Shown here piece after piece: positions 29,096 through 39,250 of a stretch of DNA of 64,000 bases. Source of the stretch: Rhodothermales bacterium (lineage in GTDB: Bacteria; Bacteroidota; Rhodothermia; Rhodothermales; JANQRZ01); assembly GCA_965214485.1 (NCBI GenBank), contig CBDCBW010000015.1:246227-310226 (forward strand), in the 5' to 3' direction. Position numbers and translations under genes: made by a program. Position 1 is the first letter of the stretch, and each line of letters begins with the position of its first letter. The notes beneath the pieces are model-generated. The model saw only the letters and a program-made list of their open reading frames with translations. It was not told the origin of the DNA and did no database searches.

Positions 29096-29841
29096 GGGCC
29101 TTAGGAAGCAGAGCAGTTGGATCGGCTGCGTAGCTTCCTGCCATGGCGCAAGTTAATCGCTACTACCGACACGCGAAGCTCTCCGAGCGCACGTTCCGCC
29201 AACTCCTCCGCTACTTCGCCCTCGACCTCACCGCATCCGATACCGCACGTCTGACCGGCCTCTCGGTCCGCTCCGTCAATGCGATCTACCTCCGCCTGCG
29301 CCACCGCCTGCTCGAAGCCTGTGAACTCGACGCGCCCATCAATGGCACGCTCGAGATCGACGAGTCGCTCTTCGGCCCGCGTGGCGTGCGAGGCAAGCCC
29401 GGACGCGGAGCCTCGGGTAAGACCATCGTCTTCGGCATCCTCAAGCGCGGCGGAAGCATCTACACCGAGGTCGTCCCGAACTGCACTAAGAAGACGCTCC
29501 AGGCCATCATCCGAGGGAAGGTGGAACCCGGCTCCATCGTTCACACCGACGGCTGGCGGGCCTACGATGGGCTTGTTGATGTCGGCTATGGGAAGCACTA
29601 CCGGGTTCGCCACAATGAGCGGGAGTACGCACTCGGGACGAACCACATCAACGGCATCGAGAGCTTCTGGTCGTATGCGAAGCGTCGGCTGGCGCAGTTC
29701 AACGGGGTGCCAGCCCGTACCTTCCTGCTGCACCTGAAGGAGAGCGAGTTCCGGTTCAACCACCGTCACGATGATCTGTACAAGGTGCTGCTGAAGATGC
29801 TTCGGGAGCGTCCCCTCTGAACCTTCTGCTTCCTAAGACCC
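29096..29841 (+). mobile_element. IS1595-family (IS1016-like) insertion sequence
   Basis: 17-bp IRs GGGCCTTAGGAAGCAGA / TCTGCTTCCTAAGACCC (1 mismatch); flanking direct repeat CCAGTGA at 29089-29095 and 29842-29848. Confidence 0.93.
29143..29820 (+). CDS. IS1595-family DDE transposase
   Basis: EIDES, HTDGW, HINGIESFW, HLKESEFRFN. Confidence 0.95.
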   Translation: MAQVNRYYRHAKLSERTFRQLLRYFALDLTASDTARLTGLSVRSVNAIYLRLRHRLLEACELDAPINGTLEIDESLFGPRGVRGKPGRGASGKTIVFGILKRGGSIYTEVVPNCTKKTLQAIIRGKVEPGSIVHTDGWRAYDGLVDVGYGKHYRVRHNEREYALGTNHINGIESFWSYAKRRLAQFNGVPARTFLLHLKESEFRFNHRHDDLYKVLLKMLRERPL

Positions 29842-29863
29842 CCAGTGATTATACAGATTGGGG

Positions 29864-29901
29864 AGTCACTACATGTAGTGACTGTCACTAGATCTAGAGA
29901 C
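29864..29901. promoter_or_regulatory. Tandem palindromic operator-like boxes
   Basis: AGTCACTACATGTAGTGACT (perfect, 20 bp) followed by GTCACTAGATCTAGAGAC. Confidence 0.5.
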
Positions 29902-29919
29902 CTTCGAGCCTGACCTTCC

Positions 29920-30054
29920 TCACACCGTGTTGCGGCTGCCGAGCAGGATGATGGCGAGGAGCAGGAGGGCCGGGACGACGATGCTGGCAATCGGCATCCA
30001 TTCGAGGCCGACGCCGTGGGGGACTTCGGCGACTTGGTAGAGAAGGAGGCTCAT
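29920..30054 (-). CDS. Small membrane protein, 44 aa (not in the ORF track)
   Basis: MSLLLYQVAEVPHGVGLEWMPIASIVVPALLLLAIILLGSRNTV; host-like codons; GTATCTT promoter at 30081-30087. Confidence 0.65.
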   Translation of the reverse strand: MSLLLYQVAEVPHGVGLEWMPIASIVVPALLLLAIILLGSRNTV

Positions 30055-30093
30055 GGGGTCGGGGGCGAGGGTGAGGCGAAAAGATACACTGTG

Positions 30094-30960
30094 CTACGGT
30101 TCGCGGCCCGCGAGTTCGGCAATCACGTCGCGCAGCGCGGGCTGCCACGGCGGCGGCTCGATGCCCCAGGCTTCGGCGATGCGTGTGGTGTCAAGCCGGG
30201 CGTCGGGTGGGCGACGGGCAGCCGTTGGGTAGGCGCTCGTCGGGATCGGCTCGACGGGTACGGTGCGCCCGCCGTGCCGCTGGGCTTCGGCGACGACGGC
30301 CTCGGCGAGGCCGTGCCACGCCGTGGCAGGGGTCCCGGCAAAGTGGAAGGTTCCCCACAGTGCACCGGGATCGGTGACTGCGCGCTCGGCTATCTGCAAG
30401 GCGGCGCGGGCGATATCGGCGGCGGCAGTCGGATTGCCGTATTGGTCGGCGACGACGCGCAGTTCGTCCCGCTCGCGGCTGAGGCGAAGAATGGTCTTGA
30501 CGAAGTTGGGGCCGTGCGCGCTGAAGACCCAGCTCGTGCGGAGGACGATGTGCCGGTCGAGGCGGTTGCGGACGGCCTCCTCCCCTTCCCACTTGCTCTG
30601 CCCGTAGACCCCGAGCGGATGCGCCGGATCATCCTCGGTGTAGGGCGCGCCCTTCCCGTCGAAGACGTAGTCCGTCGAGACGTGGAGGAGCGGAATCCCG
30701 GCCTCGGCGCAGGTATCGGCGAGGTGGGCCGGTCCGTCGCGGTTGACGGCGAAGGCGAGGTCCGGCTCGGCCTCGGCGCGGTCCACCGCCGTGTACGCCG
30801 CCGCGTTGATCACCACACTTGGCGCGTGCGTCTCCAGTGCTCGGCGGACTGCGCCCCGGTCGGTGACGTCGAGGTCGGCTCTCGTCAGCCCGATGACCTC
30901 GCCCGCACGCCGAAGCTCGCGCCCGACCTGTCCGCCCGCCCCGGTGACGAGCACCTTCAC
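30094..30960 (-). CDS. rfbD: dTDP-4-dehydrorhamnose reductase
   Basis: VTGAGGQVG, NAAAYTAVDRAE, STDYVFDG, YGQSK; GTG start. Confidence 0.95.
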   Translation of the reverse strand: MKVLVTGAGGQVGRELRRAGEVIGLTRADLDVTDRGAVRRALETHAPSVVINAAAYTAVDRAEAEPDLAFAVNRDGPAHLADTCAEAGIPLLHVSTDYVFDGKGAPYTEDDPAHPLGVYGQSKWEGEEAVRNRLDRHIVLRTSWVFSAHGPNFVKTILRLSRERDELRVVADQYGNPTAAADIARAALQIAERAVTDPGALWGTFHFAGTPATAWHGLAEAVVAEAQRHGGRTVPVEPIPTSAYPTAARRPPDARLDTTRIAEAWGIEPPPWQPALRDVIAELAGREP

Positions 30961-31523
30961 GGCGCGTCCGTCAGCACACCCTCGACCTGCGGCAGGTCGT
31001 CCGGGCCGAGGTCGGCGAGCGTCGGGTGCCCGAGATCGCGGTCCGAGAGGATCGGCTCGGCGATGGGCCACTCGATGCCGAGGGCGGGGTCGTCCCAGCG
31101 GAGGCCGCCCTCATCGTCGGGGTGGTAGGCGTCGGTGCATTTGTAGAACACGTCGGCGCGCTCGGAGAGGGCGCAGAAGCCGTGCGCGAAGCCGGGTGGG
31201 ACCCAGAGCTGCCGCCCGTTGGCCTCGGAGAGCTCGACGGCGGCGTGCTGCCCGAAGGTCGGCCCCGGGCGGAGATCGACGGCTACGTCGTGGACCGCGC
31301 CGCGCAGCACCCAGATCAGCTTGCCCTGCGGATACTGCTTCTGGAAGTGGAGCCCGCGCAGCACGCCGCGCTTCGAGCGCGAGAGGTTGTCCTGCACAAA
31401 CGACGCGTCGAGGCCGTGCTCGCGGTAGCGCTCGGCGTGGTAGCACTCCATGAACGCCCCGCGCGCGTCCTCGAACACGCGCGGCTCGAAGAGCAGCAGG
31501 CCGGGGATGTCCAGAGGGGTCAT
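30957..31523 (-). CDS. rfbC: dTDP-4-dehydrorhamnose 3,5-epimerase
   Basis: FVQDNLSRS..GVLRGLHFQ, PPGFAHGF, WDDP. Confidence 0.95.
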   Translation of the reverse strand: MTPLDIPGLLLFEPRVFEDARGAFMECYHAERYREHGLDASFVQDNLSRSKRGVLRGLHFQKQYPQGKLIWVLRGAVHDVAVDLRPGPTFGQHAAVELSEANGRQLWVPPGFAHGFCALSERADVFYKCTDAYHPDDEGGLRWDDPALGIEWPIAEPILSDRDLGHPTLADLGPDDLPQVEGVLTDAP

Positions 31524-31614
31524 GGGGCGGTGGGACGGTAGACCGTGAGACGGTGGACCGTGACACGGTAGGCGCGGAGCGCGATGGTCTCGTTAACTTG
31601 GTCGGTTTTCTTGG

Positions 31615-31749
31615 ATTCCCTCCATTCCCTCCATTCCCTCCATTCCCTCCATTCCCTCCATTCCCTCCATTCCCTCCATTCCCTCCATTCCCTCCATTCC
31701 CTCCATTCCCTCCATTCCCTCCATTCCCTCCATTCCCTCCATTCCCTCC
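31615..31749. repeat. Tandem repeat (ATTCCCTCC) x15
   Basis: Perfect 9-bp units between rfbA and rfbC. Confidence 0.98.
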
Positions 31750-31753
31750 ACGC

Positions 31754-32614
31754 TCACAGCAGCCCCAGAAGGTACTGCCCGTAGGCGCTCTTGGCGATCG
31801 GCTGCGCGAGCGCCTCGAGCGCGGGGGCGTCGATGTACCCCATCCGGTACGCCACCTCCTCGGGGCACGCGATCTTCAGCCCCTGCCGGCTCTCGACGAC
31901 CTCGATGAAATGAGCCGCTTCGAGGAGCGCTGCGTGCGTCCCCGTGTCCAGCCACGCCGTGCCGCGCCCGAGCGTCTCGACGCGGAGGTCGCCGCGCTGC
32001 AGGTACGCCCGGTTCACGTCCGTAATCTCGAGCTCGCCCCGGTCCGACGGGGTCAGGCCGCGGGCGATGTCCACGACTGCGTTGTCGTAGAAGTACAGCC
32101 CCGTCACGGCGTAGTTCGAGGTCGGGCGCTCGGGCTTTTCGGTGATGTCGACGGCTCGGCCCGCGTCGTCGAAGGTGACGACGCCGTAGCGCTCGGGGTC
32201 GCGGACGCGGTAGCCGAAAACGGTCGCGCCCTCGGCCTGCTGCGCGGCGCGTTGAAGCCGCTCCGAGAGCCCCTGCCCGTAGAAGATGTTGTCGCCGAGC
32301 ACGAGCGCCACCCCGTCGTCCCCGATGAAGTCCTCCCCGAGCAGAAAGGCCTCGGCGATGCCCTTCGGCGCGGGCTGCTCGGCGTACGAGAACGCCATCC
32401 CCCACGCTCGCCCGTCGCCGAGGAGCCGCTCGAAGAGCGGGAGGTCGCGGGGCGTCGAGATGACGAGGACCTCCCTCGCGCCCGCCAGCATCAGCGTCGA
32501 GAGCGGATAGTAGACGAGCGGCTTGTCGTAGACCGGCATCAGCTGCTTGCTGACGGCGAGCGTCAGCGGGTAGAGCCGGGTGCCGGCCCCGCCGGCGAGG
32601 ATGATGCCTTTCAT
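31754..32614 (-). CDS. rfbA: Glucose-1-phosphate thymidylyltransferase
   Basis: [41 protein letters not shown]. Confidence 0.97.
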   Translation of the reverse strand: MKGIILAGGAGTRLYPLTLAVSKQLMPVYDKPLVYYPLSTLMLAGAREVLVISTPRDLPLFERLLGDGRAWGMAFSYAEQPAPKGIAEAFLLGEDFIGDDGVALVLGDNIFYGQGLSERLQRAAQQAEGATVFGYRVRDPERYGVVTFDDAGRAVDITEKPERPTSNYAVTGLYFYDNAVVDIARGLTPSDRGELEITDVNRAYLQRGDLRVETLGRGTAWLDTGTHAALLEAAHFIEVVESRQGLKIACPEEVAYRMGYIDAPALEALAQPIAKSAYGQYLLGLL

Positions 32615-32696
32615 TACGAGCGGGCGAGCGGGGGAATAGAAGAGCGGAAGATAGAGCCGCCTTCTTTCTCGCGCCCGCTCTTCCCTGCCCCCGCTC

Positions 32697-33647
32697 CTAA
32701 GCCGTGGCCTGCTCGGCGACGGCCTGCCGGAAGTAGTCCAGCGTCCGGCGCAGCCCGTCGGCGCGGTCCACGCGGGGCGACCAGCCGAGGACCTCGCGGG
32801 CCCTCGTGATGTCCGGCTGCCGGACCTGCGGGTCGTCGGCCGGGAGCGGCTCGTAGGTGATCGTGGAGGCCGAGCCGGTGAGCGCCACGACCTCCTCGGC
32901 GAAGGCCTTGATCGAGACCTCGTCCGGGTTGCCGACGTTGACCGGCTCGGTCTCGCCGGAGAGCAGCAGCCGGTGGATGCCCTCGACCAGGTCATCGACG
33001 TACTGGAACGAGCGGGTCTGGCTGCCGTCGCCGAAGACGGTGATCGGCTCGCCGCGCAGGGCCTGCCCCATGAACGCGGGCAGCGCGCGCCCGTCGTCGA
33101 GGCGCATCCTCGGGCCGTAAGTGTTGAAGATGCGGACGATCCGCGTCTCGACGCCGTGGTACCGGTGGTAGGCCATCGTGATGGCCTCGGCGAAGCGCTT
33201 GGCCTCGTCGTAGACCCCCCGGAAGCCGACCGGGTTGACGTTGCCCCAGTAGGTCTCCCGCTGCGGATGGACCTCGGGGTCGCCGTAGACCTCGCTCGTC
33301 GAGGCGAGGAGGAACCGCGCGCCCTTCGCCTTCGTCAGCCCGAGCAGGTTGTGCGTCCCCAGCGCCCCGACCTTCAGCGTCTGGATCGGCAGCTTGAGGT
33401 AGTCGATCGGCGAGGCGGGGCTGGCGAAGTGCAGGATGTAGTCCAGCTCGCCGGCGACGTAGACGTAGTTCGACACGTCGTGCCGGACCAGCTCGAAGCG
33501 CTCGTGGCCGACGAGGTGAGCGACGTTGTCCGGGCTGCCCGTGACGAAGTTGTCCATGCAGACGACCTCGTGGCCCTCCGCGACGAAGCGGTCACACAGG
33601 TGGGACCCGAGGAAACCGGCACCGCCGGTGATGAGCGTCCGAGGCAT
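32697..33647 (-). CDS. UDP-glucuronate decarboxylase-like SDR
   Basis: [26 protein letters not shown]...YWGNVNP..R..YDEAKR. Confidence 0.9.
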   Translation of the reverse strand: MPRTLITGGAGFLGSHLCDRFVAEGHEVVCMDNFVTGSPDNVAHLVGHERFELVRHDVSNYVYVAGELDYILHFASPASPIDYLKLPIQTLKVGALGTHNLLGLTKAKGARFLLASTSEVYGDPEVHPQRETYWGNVNPVGFRGVYDEAKRFAEAITMAYHRYHGVETRIVRIFNTYGPRMRLDDGRALPAFMGQALRGEPITVFGDGSQTRSFQYVDDLVEGIHRLLLSGETEPVNVGNPDEVSIKAFAEEVVALTGSASTITYEPLPADDPQVRQPDITRAREVLGWSPRVDRADGLRRTLDYFRQAVAEQATA

Positions 33648-33725
33648 GGATTCAGAGGACGGTAGACAGAGGACGGAGGGTGGGGAGCAGAACGGTCTTC
33701 TGTCCTCCGCCCTCCGTCCTCCGGT

Positions 33726-35108
33726 TCAGGCTTGGCCGTTCTGCGCGACCGCCGCCTTCGGGGCCACGAACGGGCGGCCGATGGAGTAGTACTCGAAGCC
33801 GGCGTCGGCCATGCGCTCGGTGTCGTAGAGGTTGCGGCCGTCGAAGATCAGCGGCTCGGTGAGGAGGCGCTGCATCCGCTCGAAGTCCGGGCGGCGGAAC
33901 TCCGGCCACTCGGTGCAGATCACGAGGGCGTCGGCGCGGACGAGGGCGCTGTACGAGTCCGCCGCGTAGGCGACCGAGCCCGCGCCGAGCTCGCCCTCGC
34001 CGAGGACCTCGCGCGTCGTCTCGATGGCCTCGGGGTCGAAGGCCACGACCTCGGCCCCCTGCTCGGTGAGCGCGCGGATGATGACGTGGGCCGGGGCCTC
34101 GCGCACGTCGTCGGTGTTGGGCTTGAAGGCGAGGCCCCACACGGCGAAGCGCTTGCCGGCGAGGTCGCCGCCGAAGTGCTCCGCGATGCGCTCGGCGAGG
34201 AGGCCGCGCTGCCGGGCGTTGACCCGGAGCACGGACTCGAGAATCTCGAACGTGTAGTCGTTCTCGTTCGACGTCCGGGCGAGGGCCTGCACGTCCTTCG
34301 GGAAGCAGCTCCCGCCGAAGCCGATCCCGGCGTAGAGGAACTTCGACCCGATCCGGCTGTCGGTCCCGATGCCGTGGCGGACCTTGTCCACGTCCGCCCC
34401 GACGCGCTCGCAGACGTTGGCGATCTCGTTCATGAACGTGATCTTGGTCGCGAGCAGCGAGTTGGCGGCGTACTTCGTCATCTCGGCGCTCTTCTCGTCC
34501 ATCACGATGATGGGGTTGCCGGAGCGGACGAACGGCTCGTAGAGCTGCGTCATCAGCTCGCCCGCCTGCTCCGAGTCGGTCCCGATGACGACGCGCTCGG
34601 GCTTCATGAAGTCCTCGACGGCGACGCCCTCGCGCAGGAATTCGGGGTTCGAGACCACGTCGAAGTCCTCGCCGGCGGTGAGGCCGCGCTGCTCCATGAT
34701 CTCGGTCACGCGGGCGGCGGTCCCGACGGGCACCGTGCTCTTGTCGACGACCACGCGGTAGCCCCAGTCGTTGGCCGTGAGGAGGTCGGCGATGTCGCCG
34801 GCGACGCCGAGGACGTAGGACAGGTCCGCCGAGCCGTCCTCGCCGGGCGGCGTCGGGAGGGCGAGGAAGAGGATCGCTGCGTTCTCGACGGCGTCGGCGA
34901 GGTCGGTGGTGAACGTCAGCCGGTCCTCGCGGAGGTTGCGCTCGAGGAAGCGCTCGATGCCGGGCTCGAAGAGCGTCAGCTCCCCCCGGCTCAGTTTCTC
35001 GACTTTGCGCTCGTCGATGTCGACGCAGATGACGTCGTTGCCCATCTCGGCGAAACAGACTCCCGAGACGAGGCCCACGTAGCCGGTGCCGATGACTCCG
35101 ATTTTCAT
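33726..35108 (-). CDS. ugd: UDP-glucose 6-dehydrogenase
   Basis: [39 protein letters not shown]. Confidence 0.95.
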   Translation of the reverse strand: MKIGVIGTGYVGLVSGVCFAEMGNDVICVDIDERKVEKLSRGELTLFEPGIERFLERNLREDRLTFTTDLADAVENAAILFLALPTPPGEDGSADLSYVLGVAGDIADLLTANDWGYRVVVDKSTVPVGTAARVTEIMEQRGLTAGEDFDVVSNPEFLREGVAVEDFMKPERVVIGTDSEQAGELMTQLYEPFVRSGNPIIVMDEKSAEMTKYAANSLLATKITFMNEIANVCERVGADVDKVRHGIGTDSRIGSKFLYAGIGFGGSCFPKDVQALARTSNENDYTFEILESVLRVNARQRGLLAERIAEHFGGDLAGKRFAVWGLAFKPNTDDVREAPAHVIIRALTEQGAEVVAFDPEAIETTREVLGEGELGAGSVAYAADSYSALVRADALVICTEWPEFRRPDFERMQRLLTEPLIFDGRNLYDTERMADAGFEYYSIGRPFVAPKAAVAQNGQA

Positions 35109-35354
35109 AGTAAGAAGCAGGTGCGGTCGGTAGCGCGGGCGAGGACCGGCGGCCCTTCGCGCCGCGCGCTACCCCAGTGAGAAGAGGTCAGATTGCGCCG
35201 TCAAACTACCCATCGCCCGAGCGGGCACCAAAGGAAGATCAGGCGGAGAATGGGGCGGAGGGCAAAGGCGTAACACGGCCTCTTCCTTTCCGCCGTACGG
35301 TCTCCCTTATCTTGTCGGCCCTCCTGTTTCGCGTCTTAATTCCCCCCGAGAAGC

Positions 35355-36449
35355 ATGGCGATTTATGCAGTCATCATGGCCGGCGGCGTCGGCAGCCGGC
35401 TCTGGCCGCGCAGCCGGCAGGACACGCCCAAGCAGTTCCTCGACGTGTTCAACGACGCCTCGCTGATCCAGAACACGTTCGCCCGGCTCCAGCCGCTCGT
35501 CGAGCCGGAGAACGTCTACGTCGTCACGAACCAGCGCTCGGTCGAGCAGACCCGCGACCACCTCCCGGTGGTGCCGCCGGCCAACGTCCTCGCCGAACCC
35601 ACCGCGCGCAACACGGCCCCGGCCATCGCCTTCGCCGCCGCCGTCCTCCACGCGAAGGACCCCGACGCGGTGATGATCGTCCTCTCGGCGGACCACGCGA
35701 TCCACAACGTCGCCGCCTTCCACGAGGTCCTGCAGGCCAGCATCGACAAGGCCGCCGACCCCGACGCCCTCATCACGGTCGGCATCGAGCCGACCTACCC
35801 CGAGACCGGCTACGGGTACCTCCAGTACGACGCCGCCGAGGGCAAGGCCGACGAGCCCCGCGCCTACGTCGTCCGCACCTGCGCCGAGAAGCCGGACCTC
35901 GCCACCGCCGAGCGCTTCCTTGACTCGGGCGACTTCCTCTGGAACAGCGGCATCTTCGTCTGGCGCGCCGACTCGATCCTGAGCCAGCTCGAGCGCTACC
36001 TGCCCGAGGTCTACCACGCCTTCGCCCCCGTCGAAGCCGCCGCCCGCTCGGGCGACGAGGGCGCGCTCCAGGCCGCCGTGGACGAAGCCTTCCAGACGAC
36101 CCCGAAAATCTCGATCGACTACGGCGTGATGGAGCCCGCCGCCCCGGACATGAACACGTGGGTCGTCCCCGGCTCGTTCGGCTGGAGCGACGTGGGCGAC
36201 TGGCGCGCCGTCTACGAGGTCAGCGAGAAGGACCAGGCGGGCAACGCCGTCGAGGGCGACGTGGTCGTCCACACCACGAGCCGGTGCTACGTGCGCAGCA
36301 AGGACCGGATGATCGTGCTCGTCGGCGTGCAGGACCTCGCGGTGGTGGACGCGGGGGATGCCCTCCTCGTCTGCAAGATGGACGCGACGCAGCAGGTGAA
36401 GAACATCGTGGACTACCTGGGCTCGCACGGGCTCGAAGAGTATCTCTAG
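35355..36449 (+). CDS. manC: Mannose-1-phosphate guanylyltransferase
   Basis: MAGGVGSRLWPRSR..PKQFL, RNTAPA, PETGYGY, WNSGIF, WSDVG. Confidence 0.93.
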   Translation: MAIYAVIMAGGVGSRLWPRSRQDTPKQFLDVFNDASLIQNTFARLQPLVEPENVYVVTNQRSVEQTRDHLPVVPPANVLAEPTARNTAPAIAFAAAVLHAKDPDAVMIVLSADHAIHNVAAFHEVLQASIDKAADPDALITVGIEPTYPETGYGYLQYDAAEGKADEPRAYVVRTCAEKPDLATAERFLDSGDFLWNSGIFVWRADSILSQLERYLPEVYHAFAPVEAAARSGDEGALQAAVDEAFQTTPKISIDYGVMEPAAPDMNTWVVPGSFGWSDVGDWRAVYEVSEKDQAGNAVEGDVVVHTTSRCYVRSKDRMIVLVGVQDLAVVDAGDALLVCKMDATQQVKNIVDYLGSHGLEEYL

Positions 36450-36802
36450 CTCGAAGAGTATCTCTAGAGTATCTCTAGCGTGCCTCTGATACGAGTTCGT
36501 TGAATGACTGCGTCCTCGCTAGCGCCGCTGCTGCGCGAGAATGACTAGTGCCGCAGTCCTTTTGCTCGTGAGCAGACCCCCTGTCCGTCAGCCCCTCGCT
36601 CCGGGACGAGTCCCTGTGCTCAACGGTTCGAAGGCTTCGCCTCCACTTCATGGTGTGGCCGCTTTATGGTGTGGCCGTATCTGAGCGGGTCCTTTCGCGC
36701 TGACGTGCAGGCGAGCGGGGTCCCCGGCACCGTTCTCAGAAGCTTCACCGCTTCCTAACAGAACGGCGAAACCGAAGCTCCGAAGTGACGTAGGAGTCGG
36801 CA

Positions 36803-36818
36803 AGTGACTGCCTAGTCA
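36803..36818. promoter_or_regulatory. Candidate TetR operator
   Basis: Palindrome GTGACT-GCCT-AGTCAC about 35 bp upstream of tetR. Confidence 0.5.
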
Positions 36819-36852
36819 CCTACTGACCCGCCGTTCACCGAGGATTCCAGCA

Positions 36853-37524
36853 ATGGTCGTCCCTGCCCTGTCCCGCCGCGACCGCGAGCGCCTCGCCCGC
36901 CGCACCGCCATCCTCGACGCCGCCCAGGCGGTCTTCGCCGAGAAGGGCTACGAGCAGGCCACGCTCGACGAGGTCGCCGAGCGCGCGGAGTTCGGGAAGG
37001 GGACGCTCTACAACTACTTCCCCGACGGCAAGGAGGAGCTGTTCTTCACCCTCTTCGAAGAGGTGGTGGCCGGGGGCCTGCGGGGCGTGATCGCCGGGGC
37101 GTTCCCCGACCCGGACCGCCTCACGACGCCGGAGGCGACGCGCGAGGCGTTTCGCGGACTCATCGAAGGGCTGCTCGCCCACTTCGAGGCCAACCGCGAC
37201 GCGATGATGCTCTTCATGAAAGAGGGCCACCGGATGGTCCTCTCGGGCGAGCGCAACGAGGTCGCCGCCCGGCACTGGCTCGCGATCATGGACCTGGTGC
37301 AGCGCCCGGTGGAGACGGCCATGCGGCACGGCGCGCTGCGCGACCTCCCGGCCCGCCCCATCGCCCACCTCATCATGGGCAACGTCCGCGGCGTGATCAT
37401 GGCCGAGGTCGATGCCGAGTGCGACCCGTCGGGGACGATCGACGCGCGCCCGCTCGGTTCGCCTGCCGAGACGGCGGCCTTCATCACGTCGATTCTTTTC
37501 GACGGCCTGCTGCCGCGCGACTAA
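36853..37524 (+). CDS. TetR/AcrR family regulator
   Basis: AILDAA..VFAEKGY...GKGTLYNYF. Confidence 0.93.
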   Translation: MVVPALSRRDRERLARRTAILDAAQAVFAEKGYEQATLDEVAERAEFGKGTLYNYFPDGKEELFFTLFEEVVAGGLRGVIAGAFPDPDRLTTPEATREAFRGLIEGLLAHFEANRDAMMLFMKEGHRMVLSGERNEVAARHWLAIMDLVQRPVETAMRHGALRDLPARPIAHLIMGNVRGVIMAEVDAECDPSGTIDARPLGSPAETAAFITSILFDGLLPRD

Positions 37525-37572
37525 GCGCTGTCACCCCAACTTTTTATGCTGACGCACCCAACGTCCGCCTCT

Positions 37573-39201
37573 ATGAAACGCTCGCTCCTCCTCCCCCTGC
37601 TGCTCGCCCTGGCAGCCCTCCCGGCCCGCGCGCAGACGCCCGTCTCCGCCGGAGCCGCGCCCGCCCTCGCCGAGACCGAAGGCCCGCTTTCGCTCTCGCT
37701 CGAGGAGGCGATTCAGATTGCGCTGGAGCGGAACTACGCCGTCCGCACCGCCGCCCTCGACGTCGCAGGCGCGGAGGCGCAGGTCCGCGAGGCGTGGGGG
37801 CAGGTGCTCCCGAGCGCCGACGTGACGAGCTCGTACACGCGCAACGTGGTCGAGGCCAACCCCTTCGCCGGCTCCTCGGCGGGCGGCCTCTTCGGCGCGC
37901 TCGGCGCGGTGGACTGGCTCGCGTTCAACGAGGACGCCCGCACCGACGGCGACCCGGCGACCGAGCCGATCTCGCTCGAGGACTTCCGCATCCGCCAGGC
38001 GCGGGGGTTCGAGGAGGCGGGCATCGTGGTGGACGAGGGCGGCAACCCGTTCGGCGTCCCGAACCAGTTTCAGAACGTGCTCTCGGTCTCGCAGACGCTC
38101 TACAACGGCAGCGCGTTCGCGGCGATCAAGGGCGCGAAGAGCCTGAGGGAGATCAACCAGGCCGCGCTGACGCAGCAGCAGCAGGCCGCGATCGACGAGA
38201 CGCGGCAGCTCTACTATGGCGCGCTGCTGGCGCAGGAGCAGGCCCGCGTCGTCCGGGCGAGCGTGGGGCGGACCGAGGCGACGCTCGGCGAGACCACGCG
38301 GCGCGTCGCGCAGGGGGTCCTCCCGAAGTTCGAGCGCCTGACGGCCGAGGTCGAGGTCTCGAACCAGCAGACCCAGCTCATCGAGGTCGAGAACGGTGCC
38401 GCCCTCGCCCGGACCACCCTGCTGTTCGCCCTCGGCCTGCCGGTGAACCAGCCGGTGGCGCTCGCCGGCGAGCTCGGCCTGCCGCGCGACCCGTTCCTCG
38501 AGACGGTCTCGCTCGACGACGCCGTGGTGACCGCGCTGGAGCGCCGGCCCGACCTGGAGCAGGCGCGCCTCGCGATCAAGCTCCAGCAGGTCAACCGCGA
38601 CATCACGCGCTCGGAGTACCTCCCCAGCCTCAGCGCCTTCGCCAACCTCGCCTACATCGGCAGCGTCCCCGACGACCGGACGACCGTGATCCAGGGGGCC
38701 GACCCGGCGGGCGACCCCTTCGCCGTGACCTCGAACACGCGCGGGTTCTTCGACGGTGCCTACTGGAATCCGACCGTGGCGGTCGGCGTGCGGCTGAGCT
38801 GGAACCTGTTTAGCGGGTTCCAGACGCGCTACCGCGTGCAGCAGAACACGATCGAGGTGCAGCGCGCCGAGGTGCTGCTCGAGCAGGGCGTCCAGGCGGC
38901 GGTGCTCGAGGTCGAGCAGGCGCTGCGCAACCTCGCCTCGTCGCGCCAGCGGATCGCCGGGCAGGAGAGGACCGTCGAGACGGCGCAGGTGGCCTACCAG
39001 TTCGCGTCCGAGCGCCTCGCCACCGGCCTGGCGACGCAGATCGACGTCCGCCTCGCCTCGACCCAGCTCGACCAGGCGCAGCTGGGCTACCTCCAGGCCG
39101 TCTACGACTACCTCGTCGCGCGGAGCGCGCTCCAGCGCGCCGTCGGCGTCGTCCTGCCCGAGCCCATCGGCACGAGCGACTTCACCCTGACCGCCCGGTA
39201 G
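37573..39201 (+). CDS. TolC family outer membrane protein
   Basis: Signal peptide; LSLEEAIQIALERN, RRPDL, YLPSL, AVYDYLVA. Confidence 0.92.
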   Translation: MKRSLLLPLLLALAALPARAQTPVSAGAAPALAETEGPLSLSLEEAIQIALERNYAVRTAALDVAGAEAQVREAWGQVLPSADVTSSYTRNVVEANPFAGSSAGGLFGALGAVDWLAFNEDARTDGDPATEPISLEDFRIRQARGFEEAGIVVDEGGNPFGVPNQFQNVLSVSQTLYNGSAFAAIKGAKSLREINQAALTQQQQAAIDETRQLYYGALLAQEQARVVRASVGRTEATLGETTRRVAQGVLPKFERLTAEVEVSNQQTQLIEVENGAALARTTLLFALGLPVNQPVALAGELGLPRDPFLETVSLDDAVVTALERRPDLEQARLAIKLQQVNRDITRSEYLPSLSAFANLAYIGSVPDDRTTVIQGADPAGDPFAVTSNTRGFFDGAYWNPTVAVGVRLSWNLFSGFQTRYRVQQNTIEVQRAEVLLEQGVQAAVLEVEQALRNLASSRQRIAGQERTVETAQVAYQFASERLATGLATQIDVRLASTQLDQAQLGYLQAVYDYLVARSALQRAVGVVLPEPIGTSDFTLTAR

Positions 39202-39226
39202 GGACGGGTCTCAGACCCGCCCCTAC
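39198..39226. repeat. GTAG-type REP palindrome
   Basis: GTAGGGACGGGTCT..GACCCGCCCCTAC; weaker relative at 40456-40483. Confidence 0.55.
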
Positions 39227-39250
39227 GCCCTCCACCCAACCTTCGGGACC

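Noticed and set aside
31553-32809. ORFs with PPF/HSL/EGM repeats
   Set aside because: Read-through of the 9-bp tandem repeat, antisense or out of frame to rfbA.
30094-33647. rfbA-C-D cluster lacking rfbB
   Set aside because: rfbB is often encoded elsewhere; this cannot be judged from one window.
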